Assembly (NCBI GenBank): GCA_037189525.1
Contig: JBBCJC010000005.1
Coordinates: forward strand, 512,001-576,000
Source: Gemmatimonadales bacterium
GTDB lineage: Bacteria > Gemmatimonadota > Gemmatimonadetes > Gemmatimonadales > GWC2-71-9
Reading direction: 5' to 3'
Length of the DNA: 64,000 nt
Made by a program: the position numbers and the translations under genes. The notes under the pieces were generated by a model that was not told the origin of the DNA, did no database searches, and saw only the letters and a program-made list of their open reading frames with translations. How positions within the stretch are numbered: the stretch's first letter is position 1; each line of letters begins with the position of its first letter. Shown piece by piece: positions 40,024-49,840 of the stretch.

Positions 40024-42033
40024 ATGCTTGCGCTCCGCCTGTTCCTGCTGCTGCTCCTCTCCCTCACGGCATCGGTTCGTGCCGAAGTCGTCAAAGTCGA
40101 AATCACCCGCCGCGCCGACGTGGCGGGAGGGCGATCGTTCGGAAGCGCGGGCGCCTATGAGCTGATCGAAGGGCGTATCCTCTTCGCCTTCGACCCGGCC
40201 AACCGCTACAACGCGCGGATCGTCGACTTGGACAAGGCCCCGACGCAAAACGGTCGCGTCGAAGCCTGGGCCGATTTCGCCGCGCTCCGCCCCAAGACTC
40301 CGGTGCCGAATGGTGTCGCGCTTTTCGAGGTCTCCAACCGCGGTCTCAAGTACCTGCTGCAGGTGCTCGACTTCGGCACCATGGCGCCGCATCCTACCGA
40401 CGCCGCCGATCTGGGAGACGGGTTGCTGCTTCGGCAGGGGCTGACGGTGGTCTGGGTGGGCTGGCAGCACGATGTCCCGGTCGACGATCCCGACCGACTT
40501 GGCATCGAAGTCCCCATTGCGCGTAATCCCGATGGCTCGCCGATTACCGGCGTCCTCCGCGCCGATTGGGTCGTGGGACGGACCGTCAACTCGCTCGCGC
40601 TGGCCCACGGCAATCACCTGGCCTATCCCGCGATCGACCCGGATTCGGACCAGCACGTCCTGACCGTGCGCGATGGACGTTATGCGCCGCGACAGGTGGT
40701 GCCCCGATCGGAATGGCGCTTTGCTCGGGAGGTGAACGGTACCGCGGTTGCCGATCCGCGCTGGATTTATCGGGCACGAGGATTCGAGGCAGGACGGATC
40801 TACGAACTGGTGTATCGCAGTCAGGACCCGAAGGTGGCCGGCCTGGGTCTCGCGGCCATCCGTGACGCGATGAGCAACGCCAAATACGATGCGTCGAGCC
40901 CGTTTCCGGCGCGCCATGCCGTCGCATTCGGGATCTCGCAGACCGGCCGCTTGCTGCGTCACTTCATCTATCAGGGATTCAATACCGACGAACGGGGCCG
41001 GAAAGTCTTCGACGGGATGCTGATCCACGTCGCCGGCGGCGGACGGGGCAGCTTCAATCACCGGTTTGCGCAGCCGTCGCGCGACGGGCATCGGTTCGAC
41101 GCCTTTTTCTTTCCGACCGACCTCTTTCCATTTACGAGCGAGCCGAGCACCGATCCCGAATCCGGGGTGACGGACGGGATCAACTCGCACCTGTTCGATC
41201 GGAGTCACCTGCCCTATGTCTTCCAAACCAACTCGGGGTACGAGTATTGGGGCCGAGCCGCGTCACTGATCCACACCACGGCCGACGGCGCCCGCGACCT
41301 CGCGCCGCCGCCTAACGAACGGATCTACCTCCTCACCTCGGCGCAGCACGTGCCGGGCCCGTTCCCGCCGCCTGCGTCGGCCCGCCACCCGGGATCGCGC
41401 GTCTATCGCAATCAGCCGCTCGACTACCGCCTGCCGCTGCGCGCCTTGCTGATCGGTCTGGTCGATTGGGTGCGCGATGGTAAAGAGCCGCTGCCCAGCG
41501 CCTATCCGACGATCGCGCGCGGCGACCTCGTCTCGATCGACAAGGTGGCGCTCCCAACGGTCCCGGACCTCAGTCGCCCGACCGTCGTGCATCAGCCGGA
41601 TCGGCTCGACTTCGGCCCCCGCTGGAGCCAGGGCATCGTCGATCGTGAACCGCCCGCGCTGTCGAAGCCGTTTCCGGTCCTGGTGCCCCAGGTGGATTCA
41701 CTCGGCAACGAACTCGGCGGGATGCGGTCGGTCGAGTTGGAGGCGCCGCTGGCCAGCTACTTCTCGTGGAACCTGCGTCGCGGCCAGCCGGGCGATACCA
41801 CCGAACTGAGCCGGATCCTGGGCAGCTATCTCGCTCTGCCCCTCGATCCGCAGGCCCGGGCCGCCGCGCGCGATCCTCGGCCCGCCATCACGGCGCTCTA
41901 TCCGAGCCGCGATGCGTACCTGACAAATGTTCGCCGGGTAGCCGACGACCTGGTGACGCGACGGATGTTGCTTCGGGACGATGTCGACCGCGCGGTGCGT
42001 CGCGCGGCCGAGCATTGGGACTGGCTCCACTGA
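40024..42033 (+). CDS. Secreted alpha/beta-hydrolase domain protein
   Basis: GISQTGR nucleophile elbow, EYW.RAASL, VPQVD..GNE.GG. Confidence 0.8.
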   Translation: MLALRLFLLLLLSLTASVRAEVVKVEITRRADVAGGRSFGSAGAYELIEGRILFAFDPANRYNARIVDLDKAPTQNGRVEAWADFAALRPKTPVPNGVALFEVSNRGLKYLLQVLDFGTMAPHPTDAADLGDGLLLRQGLTVVWVGWQHDVPVDDPDRLGIEVPIARNPDGSPITGVLRADWVVGRTVNSLALAHGNHLAYPAIDPDSDQHVLTVRDGRYAPRQVVPRSEWRFAREVNGTAVADPRWIYRARGFEAGRIYELVYRSQDPKVAGLGLAAIRDAMSNAKYDASSPFPARHAVAFGISQTGRLLRHFIYQGFNTDERGRKVFDGMLIHVAGGGRGSFNHRFAQPSRDGHRFDAFFFPTDLFPFTSEPSTDPESGVTDGINSHLFDRSHLPYVFQTNSGYEYWGRAASLIHTTADGARDLAPPPNERIYLLTSAQHVPGPFPPPASARHPGSRVYRNQPLDYRLPLRALLIGLVDWVRDGKEPLPSAYPTIARGDLVSIDKVALPTVPDLSRPTVVHQPDRLDFGPRWSQGIVDREPPALSKPFPVLVPQVDSLGNELGGMRSVELEAPLASYFSWNLRRGQPGDTTELSRILGSYLALPLDPQARAAARDPRPAITALYPSRDAYLTNVRRVADDLVTRRMLLRDDVDRAVRRAAEHWDWLH

Positions 42034-42049
42034 TCGTGGAGCCGGCAGG

Positions 42050-45000
42050 CTAGGACGAAGGACTCCGGGATCGTCGAGAGGCGGCCCGGACCGGTGCACG
42101 GCGACCGCCGGCATGGCCGAGGGCGGCGCGAAGTGCCGGGCCCAAACGTCGGCGCTGCAGGGCCTGAATGATCGGCGGCTGATCGTCTTCGGCCACGTCC
42201 GTCAACCAGCGGACCTCGCCGGCTTCGAATGCTGCGACGGCAACACCGTCGACGAACGCGATCCGATTGCCGGACAGTGCCGCCACCCGGCGCCCGGGAA
42301 CCAGCACACCGACCAGATTGAGCGGGTCGACCCCCGAGACGACGATCGGCTGGCCCGAACGCTCGGCGCGACGCACCGCCCGAAGCCGGGCGACCGCATC
42401 GGGTAGCGCAAACTGTTCACCGGTTGGCCCGGCGACGAACCGCCCGCCGCGAATCTCACCGCGCGCCTCCAGCCGCCGGAACACCTGTACCAGTTCACGC
42501 CAGCTGACCGGAATGGTTTCGTGGTCGAGCAAACGGTGGAACACCACGCCATACCGGGCCAGCAGCGCGCGACAATACCGCTCGATCAGCGCAACCCGTT
42601 CCAAACCATCCGGCAACCCGGTCGTGATGAGCCGCGACCAGCGCCCCGCGCTCGAGGCACGCGCAATGGGCGGCCGCTTCGACGATGTGATCAATAATGC
42701 GCGGAGGCCCGCGTAGCTGTCCGACGAGACCATGCCCGCTGCCACCAGCCCCGCCAAGCCCAGTTCCGCCTGGGTCGGGAGCAGCCCCGCAGCTGCCGCA
42801 AGCTCCGGAAGGAACGAGGCGCCCTTGGCTTCGAGCGCGGCCAGCACGCCACCTGCGTAGCCCGTCGGAGCCGCTCGCGTCACCGCCTCACGCGCCAGCC
42901 AGAGGTCGCTCTGTTCCCGCGGGAAGAGCCCGATCGGCGTGCTCCTGACCGGACGGGTCGGAGCCGGGCTATCGCTCGCGGCCGGCGGCGACAATCGCCC
43001 CCAGCCCACCCGGCCCGTCAGGCAGAGCATGTCGAGTTGCGAAGGATCGTATTCGACGCAACGGACGGCGAGGAGATCGGTTTCCCATGCCGCCGCCGCA
43101 GCCTCATATCCCTGTAGCTGATCGATGACGGTCGCCAGGCCCTCCAGGCCCTGAACGCGTTCGCCGCTCTCCACCCGCTGCCAGACGAAGAGGAACCGCA
43201 TCAGGTCGGCAGCCGTGACCGGTTCGATCTCGGCCCGCAGCCTGGTCAGCGTGTAGCGATGGATCCGCGCCAGCAAGCGGCGGTTACACCACTCCAGTTC
43301 GCCTCGGTCCGGAGTAAAGTAGCCGCGCAGTACCACCCCCTCGGCTTCGAGCGCGGCAAGCGCCGACTCGACCCCTCCCTGCTCCACGCCGAGAAGTCCG
43401 GCAACCTCGGCGGCGGTCGTAGGCCCTGACACCTCCAGGCGACCGCGGACGAGCTCTCGCAGGGTCGCCTCATCGTCGAGCGAAAACTCCCGCTGGAGCA
43501 TCTCGCCCGACACCCACAGGCCGTCCCGCCGTCCGGCGCGTCCATCGGCGAGCAACTCCTCGAAGAACGGCGTCCACGACACGCCGTCCCGTCCGGCGTT
43601 GCCCTCGGCCTCGGTCAGAAATCCCGACACCGTCAGGGCGTCGAGCAGTTCATCGGCGTCGGCAACGTCGGGCCAGACCTCCTCCCGCACCCGCTCGATC
43701 GCCGCGAGGTCGAGCGCACCAAGGTCTGCCGCCGAGGTGGGCTCGGACGCCCGTCGGGAGTATACGGCCTGGGTCCGTCGCTCTTCGAGGGGCGCATCGT
43801 CCAGAAACGCGTAGGGTTTGGCGTTGAGAATCTCCGCGGCAAGCGGCGACGGCTCGGGCAGGTCGCGGGCGACCAGGCGGATCTCACCCGCCTCGATCCG
43901 TTCGACGACGGCCAGGAAACGATCGAAGTCCATCGCCTCGTGGAGGCAATCGGTAACGACCTGTTCGACCAGCGGATGATCGGGCACTTCCCGGTCGCCC
44001 GGGATGTTCTCGAGGCAGGCCGCCGCATCCGGGAAGGCTGCGGCCAGCAGGTCGTCCGACTCCATCCGCTGAATCTGCGGCGGGACCTTTCGGCCGCTCC
44101 GAAAGCGGCTCACCGCGAGCGAGATACTGGCATTCCAGCGCCATCGGGTCGCAAACACCGGCGCGTCGAGCATCGCCTGGATCAGGGTGTCGCGCGCGGT
44201 GGCGGACGACACCATCCGGAAGACCGAGTCGAGCGGGAACGAATGCTGCGGACCGAGCGAGAGCAACACCGCGTCGTCGGTCGCCGCGGCCTGCAACTCG
44301 AAGTTGAACTGCCGGCAGAACTTCTTCCGGAGCGCCAGGCCCCACGCTTTGTTGACCCGGCTGCCGAAGGGCGCGTGCAGGATCAGCTGCATCCCGCCGG
44401 CTTCGTCGAAGAACCGTTCGGCGACCACGGTGTCCTGCGTCGGCAACGCACCCAGCAGGCGTTCGGCCTCCGCGAGATAGTCGACCACCTGCGTGGCTGC
44501 CGCAGGCGACACTCCTTCGGACACCAGCCACGCCAATGCGGCCGCGCGGTCCGGCAGCAACGCGGCGAGCCGCGCCCGCAGCTGGGCGACCTCGCGAGAC
44601 AGCTCGGCGCTCCGGGCCGGCGCTTCGCCGAGCCAGAACGGGATGTTGGGCGGCTGGCCCCTGGCATCCTCGACCCGCACGGTGCCGCGCTCCAAACGGA
44701 GGATTCGCCAGGAGGCGTTGCCCAACTGGAAGACATCCCCGCCACTACTCTCGACCGCGAAATCTTCGTTGACCGTGCCGACGAATACGCCCTCGGGCTC
44801 GGCCACGACCCGATAGTCGGCCGTATCGGGAATCGCACCACCCGACGTGACCGCAGCCAGACGCGCACCCCGACGTCCGCGAATCCGGCCGTTGACCGGA
44901 TCGAAGTGGACCAGCGCACCTCGGCGGCCTCGGCGCGTCACGAAACCGACAGCGAGCATCCGTACCACGGCGTCGAAGCTGGCCCGGTCGAGCTCACGAT

Positions 45001-46306
45001 ACGGATGCGCCCGCCGAAAAACCTGATGGAGCGCGTCGGCGTCCCACGGCTCCGCTGCGGTTTCGGCTACGATCTGCTGTGACAGAACGTCGAGCGGACG
45101 ATCGACCTGGACGATCCGATCCAACTCGCCGCGCTGGGTCGCGAGCAGGAGCGCGGTGCATTCGACCAGTTCATCGCGCGAAAGCGGGAAGACGCGCCCC
45201 TTGGGCAAACCGCCGACCGAATGTCCCGATCGGCCGACCCGCTGCAGCAAGGTTGCAATCCGGCGTGGGGTGCCCAGCTGACAAACCAGATCGACATGCC
45301 CGATGTCGATACCCAACTCGAGCGACGCAGTCGCGACGAGGACCCGAAGCGCGCCGTTCTTGAGACGCTCCTCCGCGTCGAGCCGCAGTTCCTTCGAGAG
45401 ACTGCCGTGATGCGCGGCTACCGCGGTCTCGCCGAGCCGCTCTGCCAGATGCCGGGAGACCCGTTCCGCCAGGCGCCGCGTATTGGTGAAGACCAGGGTG
45501 GTCCGATGCTCACGCACCAGTTCCGCCAGCCGGTCGTAAGTCTCCGCCCACACCTCGTGGGACATCACGGCTTCGAGCGGCGAGCCGGGCACCTCGAGCG
45601 TCAGGTCGACTTCCCGGCGGTGGCCCTCGTCGATCACCTCGGCGGAGCGTCCATCGCCGGACAGCCAGGCCGCGACCGTTTCGATCGGCCGCTGGGTGGC
45701 CGACAATCCGACTCGCTGCAACCGCCGGCCGGCCACATGATCGAGGCGCTCCAGCGACAACGCCAGGTGCGCACCGCGGCGGCTCTCGATCAGGGCGTGA
45801 ATTTCGTCGACGATGACGGTTCGCGCCGTCCGCAGGATCTTGCGCCCCTGCTCCGCAGTCAGGAGCAGATAGAGCGACTCGGGCGTGGTGACCAGAATAT
45901 GGGGTGGCTTCCGCAACATCGCGGCGCGTTCGGCAGGCGTCGTGTCGCCCGAACGAACTGCAGCCGTGACGTCAGGGGTGCCGAGCCCGGCCTCCTGGGC
46001 CAGTCGGCTGATTTCCCGGCGGGGCTCCGCCAGGTTCTTGTGGATGTCGGCGCCCAGAGCCTTGAGGGGCGAGACATAGATGACACGGACCTCGTCGGGC
46101 AGGCCCGTATCGAGCGACTCGCGCACCAGCTCATCCAACGCAATCAGAAATGCCGCCAGTGTCTTACCGGAACCGGTCGGCGCGGCGATCAGCGTATCGC
46201 GCCCCGAACGGATCGATTCCCAGCCACGGCGCTGCACCGCGGTCGGCGTTCCCAGATGGTCTTCGAACCATCGCGCAACGGTGGGATGAAAGGCGGCCAA
46301 TGACAC
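42050..46306 (-). CDS. lhr: Lhr-family large ATP-dependent helicase
   Basis: APTGSGKT, TTPESL, DEIH, SLELGIDIG, QRVGRSGH; C-terminal RGEIRGGRFV; GTG start inferred. Confidence 0.9.
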   Translation of the reverse strand: MSLAAFHPTVARWFEDHLGTPTAVQRRGWESIRSGRDTLIAAPTGSGKTLAAFLIALDELVRESLDTGLPDEVRVIYVSPLKALGADIHKNLAEPRREISRLAQEAGLGTPDVTAAVRSGDTTPAERAAMLRKPPHILVTTPESLYLLLTAEQGRKILRTARTVIVDEIHALIESRRGAHLALSLERLDHVAGRRLQRVGLSATQRPIETVAAWLSGDGRSAEVIDEGHRREVDLTLEVPGSPLEAVMSHEVWAETYDRLAELVREHRTTLVFTNTRRLAERVSRHLAERLGETAVAAHHGSLSKELRLDAEERLKNGALRVLVATASLELGIDIGHVDLVCQLGTPRRIATLLQRVGRSGHSVGGLPKGRVFPLSRDELVECTALLLATQRGELDRIVQVDRPLDVLSQQIVAETAAEPWDADALHQVFRRAHPYRELDRASFDAVVRMLAVGFVTRRGRRGALVHFDPVNGRIRGRRGARLAAVTSGGAIPDTADYRVVAEPEGVFVGTVNEDFAVESSGGDVFQLGNASWRILRLERGTVRVEDARGQPPNIPFWLGEAPARSAELSREVAQLRARLAALLPDRAAALAWLVSEGVSPAAATQVVDYLAEAERLLGALPTQDTVVAERFFDEAGGMQLILHAPFGSRVNKAWGLALRKKFCRQFNFELQAAATDDAVLLSLGPQHSFPLDSVFRMVSSATARDTLIQAMLDAPVFATRWRWNASISLAVSRFRSGRKVPPQIQRMESDDLLAAAFPDAAACLENIPGDREVPDHPLVEQVVTDCLHEAMDFDRFLAVVERIEAGEIRLVARDLPEPSPLAAEILNAKPYAFLDDAPLEERRTQAVYSRRASEPTSAADLGALDLAAIERVREEVWPDVADADELLDALTVSGFLTEAEGNAGRDGVSWTPFFEELLADGRAGRRDGLWVSGEMLQREFSLDDEATLRELVRGRLEVSGPTTAAEVAGLLGVEQGGVESALAALEAEGVVLRGYFTPDRGELEWCNRRLLARIHRYTLTRLRAEIEPVTAADLMRFLFVWQRVESGERVQGLEGLATVIDQLQGYEAAAAAWETDLLAVRCVEYDPSQLDMLCLTGRVGWGRLSPPAASDSPAPTRPVRSTPIGLFPREQSDLWLAREAVTRAAPTGYAGGVLAALEAKGASFLPELAAAAGLLPTQAELGLAGLVAAGMVSSDSYAGLRALLITSSKRPPIARASSAGRWSRLITTGLPDGLERVALIERYCRALLARYGVVFHRLLDHETIPVSWRELVQVFRRLEARGEIRGGRFVAGPTGEQFALPDAVARLRAVRRAERSGQPIVVSGVDPLNLVGVLVPGRRVAALSGNRIAFVDGVAVAAFEAGEVRWLTDVAEDDQPPIIQALQRRRLGPALRAALGHAGGRRAPVRAASRRSRSPSS

Positions 46307-46414
46307 GAATGGAATATAGTCCGCGCGAGGCAATCGCGGTTTCCATGTGGGCATGAGCGAGTGGCAGACGTCAGAAATTATATCAGCGCATTCCACTTCG
46401 ACCCGGAGGAACCC

Positions 46415-46648
46415 ATGGCCCAGCAGCGACGATCGACCCGGAAGTCGAGTACCAGCCGCTACGGCCCGGCTGCCAGCAAATCCGTCGAGAGCGCCATGCG
46501 GCGCCGCAAACGCGGCACCTTGCGCAGTGGGCCGGGAGGCAAAGGCGGAAAAGTGCGGAGCCGCAAACAAGCCATCGCCATCGGCCTGTCGGAGGCTCGA
46601 AAGAAAGGCGCCAAAGTCCCCAAACGCCGGAGCACCAAGCGAAGCTAG
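46415..46648 (+). CDS. Small basic DUF6496-like protein
   Basis: GTLRSG..GKVRSRKQAIAIGLSEAR..GAKVP; SD GGAGG. Confidence 0.8.
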   Translation: MAQQRRSTRKSSTSRYGPAASKSVESAMRRRKRGTLRSGPGGKGGKVRSRKQAIAIGLSEARKKGAKVPKRRSTKRS

Positions 46649-46691
46649 CCATCCTTATCAGCCGGCCTGACGAGGGCCAAGGAGAAGACCG

Positions 46692-47498
46692 ATGTCGTAC
46701 ACGCTCGTCACAGGCGCTTCCAGCGGGATCGGAGAAGCGCTCCTTCACGAATTCGCCAGCCATGGCCACAATGTCATCGCGGTGTCGAACGATCAGGCCG
46801 AACTGGAGCGCACCGTGGAGCGGCATCGACCGATGCATCCCGGAGTCCACATCGTCCCGATGACCGCCGATCTCCGGTCGGAAACTGCGCCGAGCGAGTT
46901 ACACGCCGCCATCAAGGCGCGCAACATGACCGTCGATATCCTCGTCAACGACGCAGGAGAAGGTCAGCTCGGCCCCTTTGCCCAGGTACCGATCGAGCGG
47001 GATATCGAATTGATCCGGCTCAACGTGGAGGCGATGACCCGACTCACGAAACTGTTTCTGGTCGACATGCTGGCACGTGGACAGGGCAAGATCATGAATG
47101 TCGGCTCGGTTGCCGGTTTCCAACCGGGGCCGACGCTGGCCGTCTATCACGCCACCAAGGCGTATGTCGTCTCACTCTCCGAGGCGCTGGCGGAGGAGTT
47201 GAAGGACACGCCGATCACGGTGACCTGTCTTTGCCCCGGCCCGACCGACACCGATTTCTTCGAGACGGCCGACATGGAAGACACCCGGGTTTATCGGAAC
47301 AAGGACAAGACGATGATGGACCCGGCCGACGTGGCCAAAGCCGGCTACGACGCCCTGATGCGCGGCGACCGGGTGGTGATTCCCGGCGCGATGAACAAAA
47401 TCATGACGTTCACTCGGCGGGTCATGCCTGGCGCGCTCCAGGCCAAGATGCAGAAGCGCTACTACGAGACCTCGGCGGAGGCGGAGGTGAACGCATGA
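46692..47498 (+). CDS. Short-chain dehydrogenase/reductase
   Basis: TGASSGIG, YHATK, LCPGPT. Confidence 0.93.
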   Translation: MSYTLVTGASSGIGEALLHEFASHGHNVIAVSNDQAELERTVERHRPMHPGVHIVPMTADLRSETAPSELHAAIKARNMTVDILVNDAGEGQLGPFAQVPIERDIELIRLNVEAMTRLTKLFLVDMLARGQGKIMNVGSVAGFQPGPTLAVYHATKAYVVSLSEALAEELKDTPITVTCLCPGPTDTDFFETADMEDTRVYRNKDKTMMDPADVAKAGYDALMRGDRVVIPGAMNKIMTFTRRVMPGALQAKMQKRYYETSAEAEVNA

Positions 47499-47743
47499 TC
47501 ACGCCGTTGACCGTCCGCCTGGTCTGTCCGCATTGCAGCCTGGGGTTCACCACCCTCGTTGCCGTTCTGCAGAGCAAACGGCACTCGACCTGCCCCGCAT
47601 GTGCCGCCGGGATCGACACCCGGCCTCTGGTGGCCGAACTGGCCCTGGCGGATCGGCGCCTCCAGCCGGCACCGACACCGCGACCGCGCAGCACCCGGCG
47701 CGTCCAGCCCGCGCCCGGCAAAGTCTCTCTCAGCACCTGGTAG
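47495..47743 (+). CDS. Small zinc-ribbon protein
   Basis: CPHC...CPAC; ATGA overlap with the SDR and SD GGAGGT. Confidence 0.6.
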   Translation: MITPLTVRLVCPHCSLGFTTLVAVLQSKRHSTCPACAAGIDTRPLVAELALADRRLQPAPTPRPRSTRRVQPAPGKVSLSTW

Positions 47744-47854
47744 CCCGACGGGCATCGAACGAGGTGGGGTGCTATTCACCCCACCATCATTCGATTGTCA
47801 CGGATCGACCACGCCGGTCGAATCAAGCACGACATAGCGGGACCGGCGGTCTCG

Positions 47855-49759
47855 TCACTTCATCACCGGGAGCCGGATACCGGACGGGTATTCGGGGCCG
47901 CGATGCAGCGTCACCGTCGGACGACCGGTGACCGGCGGCCGCTCGGTGTTGTCGGCATCGGCGCCCATGATGGTGACCCGCAGCCGATGGCCCGCATTGA
48001 AAACCGTAGCTGTCGGATGCAGCGCGATCTGCAGCGTCGCCACCTGGTTCGGCACTAGCGGTTTCCGATCTGCCTTGTTGGCGCGATGCCAGGGCAGCCC
48101 CAGGAAGTTGTAAGGCGGTGTGGTGGTGTCGCGATAGGAGGCTCGCAGGATTCCTTCGGTGACGTAGCGGGAATACCCGGCACTGTCGACCTCGGTGAGC
48201 ACGGCGTAGAAGTCGCCGTCGGTCTGGTTGGAACTGACATGGAGCGTCACCACCGGATGCCCAACGATGGTCAGATCCGCAGCCAACGGCTCGGTCGTGT
48301 AGGTCAGCGCCTTGGCCTCGTTAGGCGCCAGGTCCGGATAGCGCATCGGCCCCTGCCCGACCGCGTTGTCCCAGCGGCTCGCAGTGCCGGTGGTGGTGGT
48401 CAGGTCGACCAGATATCTGTCGCTCCCGGCGGCCGAGGGCGCGGTGCCGAGCACACCGTCGTTGACCGACTCGATGCTACCGGAGCTACCCGCCCCGAAG
48501 AAATAATCGACGTTGCTGACCCCCTTGGCCGGCCATTCGTCAGCCGAACGCCACTCCCATTTGCCCGGATCGATCATCAGGGCGTAGTTGATCCGCGCAC
48601 CGGAATCGACGCCGTTCCGGATACCCTTGAGCCAGCGATCGAACCAGCGATGCTGCTCTGCCCCATAGACCCGGACGAATTCGACGTTGACGATGCTGTC
48701 GTGCGCCGCATGGGCCCAACCGCCCATACCGACTCGCTGCGGTCCCTTGTAGTTGGCAAACCAGAGCATCTCGTCGGTGGCAAAGATGTCGTACCAGCCT
48801 CCGAAATGGTACGCAGGTACCGAGGCCCGATTGATCGCGTCCAAGACACCGGCCGGGTCGTGGCGCGACCAGGCGAAGTCGGGCGTGTCGTAATCGCGGT
48901 TGACAGCCCGGCGATACTGCTCCACCACGTCCCAGTTCTTCTCGTGCATGGCAAGCGCTTCGCCGCGCAGCGCGCCGCTGGTGTCGGCATCGACCGGCGG
49001 CTCGGGAAAGACCTTGTCGAGGCTGTGCGTCAGGATGCCCCAGTGCTGCATCGTGTTCTCGCGATAGATGCCGCCCTCGTACACCAGGTTGTACATGTCG
49101 AACGCCGCCACGTTCGGGAAGATCGCTTTGAGGGCGGGATGCGCGGTGCTCGCGGCCATGTACTGCGTGATGCCCAGATAGGATCCCCCGAACATGCCGA
49201 GGTTGCCGTCGCTCCAGGGCTGCTTGACCATCCAGTCCATCACATCGTAGGCATCGCGCGTCTCGGTCGGCGAGAACAGTCCCTCGTAGCGGCCGAACGA
49301 CGCCCCGCCACCGCGGACCTGAACCGCCACGATCACGTAGCCGTGCCTGATCAGGCGTTGCAGCGTCGGATTGACATCCACCATCGATGGCGCGTTGCGG
49401 CGCGCCAGCGCTTCCTCGGTGGCGCGCGCGGCCGACCCGAGATTGCGAACGTCCCGGCTGGCGAGAAGTGCCGCCGCGTCGGGCGTGCCGCGATGGTAGC
49501 GTGAATGCGTCCACACCACCGGAAACTTCCCGTCGGCCGGCAGGCCGTTGACCGAGGGGCGAATCACGTCGACGGCCAGACGCGTCCCGTCGCGCACGGT
49601 AACGTACTCGGAAGTCCGGACCCATTCGGTGAACCGGGGCTCGTCGTACCCTTCGTACTGCCCGAAGCTGGAAATCCGGCTGCTGTCCTGATCGGCGCTC
49701 CGGGGGGCACAGGCGGCCAGCATCAGCACCGCCGCGGCGGCAAGACTGCGCTGTAGCAT
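47855..49759 (-). CDS. CocE/NonD family hydrolase lipoprotein
   Basis: LAAC lipobox, RDGTRLAVD, GGSYLG, GWYD, PepX_C-like end. Confidence 0.9.
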   Translation of the reverse strand: MLQRSLAAAAVLMLAACAPRSADQDSSRISSFGQYEGYDEPRFTEWVRTSEYVTVRDGTRLAVDVIRPSVNGLPADGKFPVVWTHSRYHRGTPDAAALLASRDVRNLGSAARATEEALARRNAPSMVDVNPTLQRLIRHGYVIVAVQVRGGGASFGRYEGLFSPTETRDAYDVMDWMVKQPWSDGNLGMFGGSYLGITQYMAASTAHPALKAIFPNVAAFDMYNLVYEGGIYRENTMQHWGILTHSLDKVFPEPPVDADTSGALRGEALAMHEKNWDVVEQYRRAVNRDYDTPDFAWSRHDPAGVLDAINRASVPAYHFGGWYDIFATDEMLWFANYKGPQRVGMGGWAHAAHDSIVNVEFVRVYGAEQHRWFDRWLKGIRNGVDSGARINYALMIDPGKWEWRSADEWPAKGVSNVDYFFGAGSSGSIESVNDGVLGTAPSAAGSDRYLVDLTTTTGTASRWDNAVGQGPMRYPDLAPNEAKALTYTTEPLAADLTIVGHPVVTLHVSSNQTDGDFYAVLTEVDSAGYSRYVTEGILRASYRDTTTPPYNFLGLPWHRANKADRKPLVPNQVATLQIALHPTATVFNAGHRLRVTIMGADADNTERPPVTGRPTVTLHRGPEYPSGIRLPVMK

Positions 49760-49840
49760 CGAGTTCTCGGCTGGGAGGTGAGACCAAGGATTCTACGGCT
49801 GCATCCAGACAACGCAAGGACCGCCGCTTAGATTGCGACT

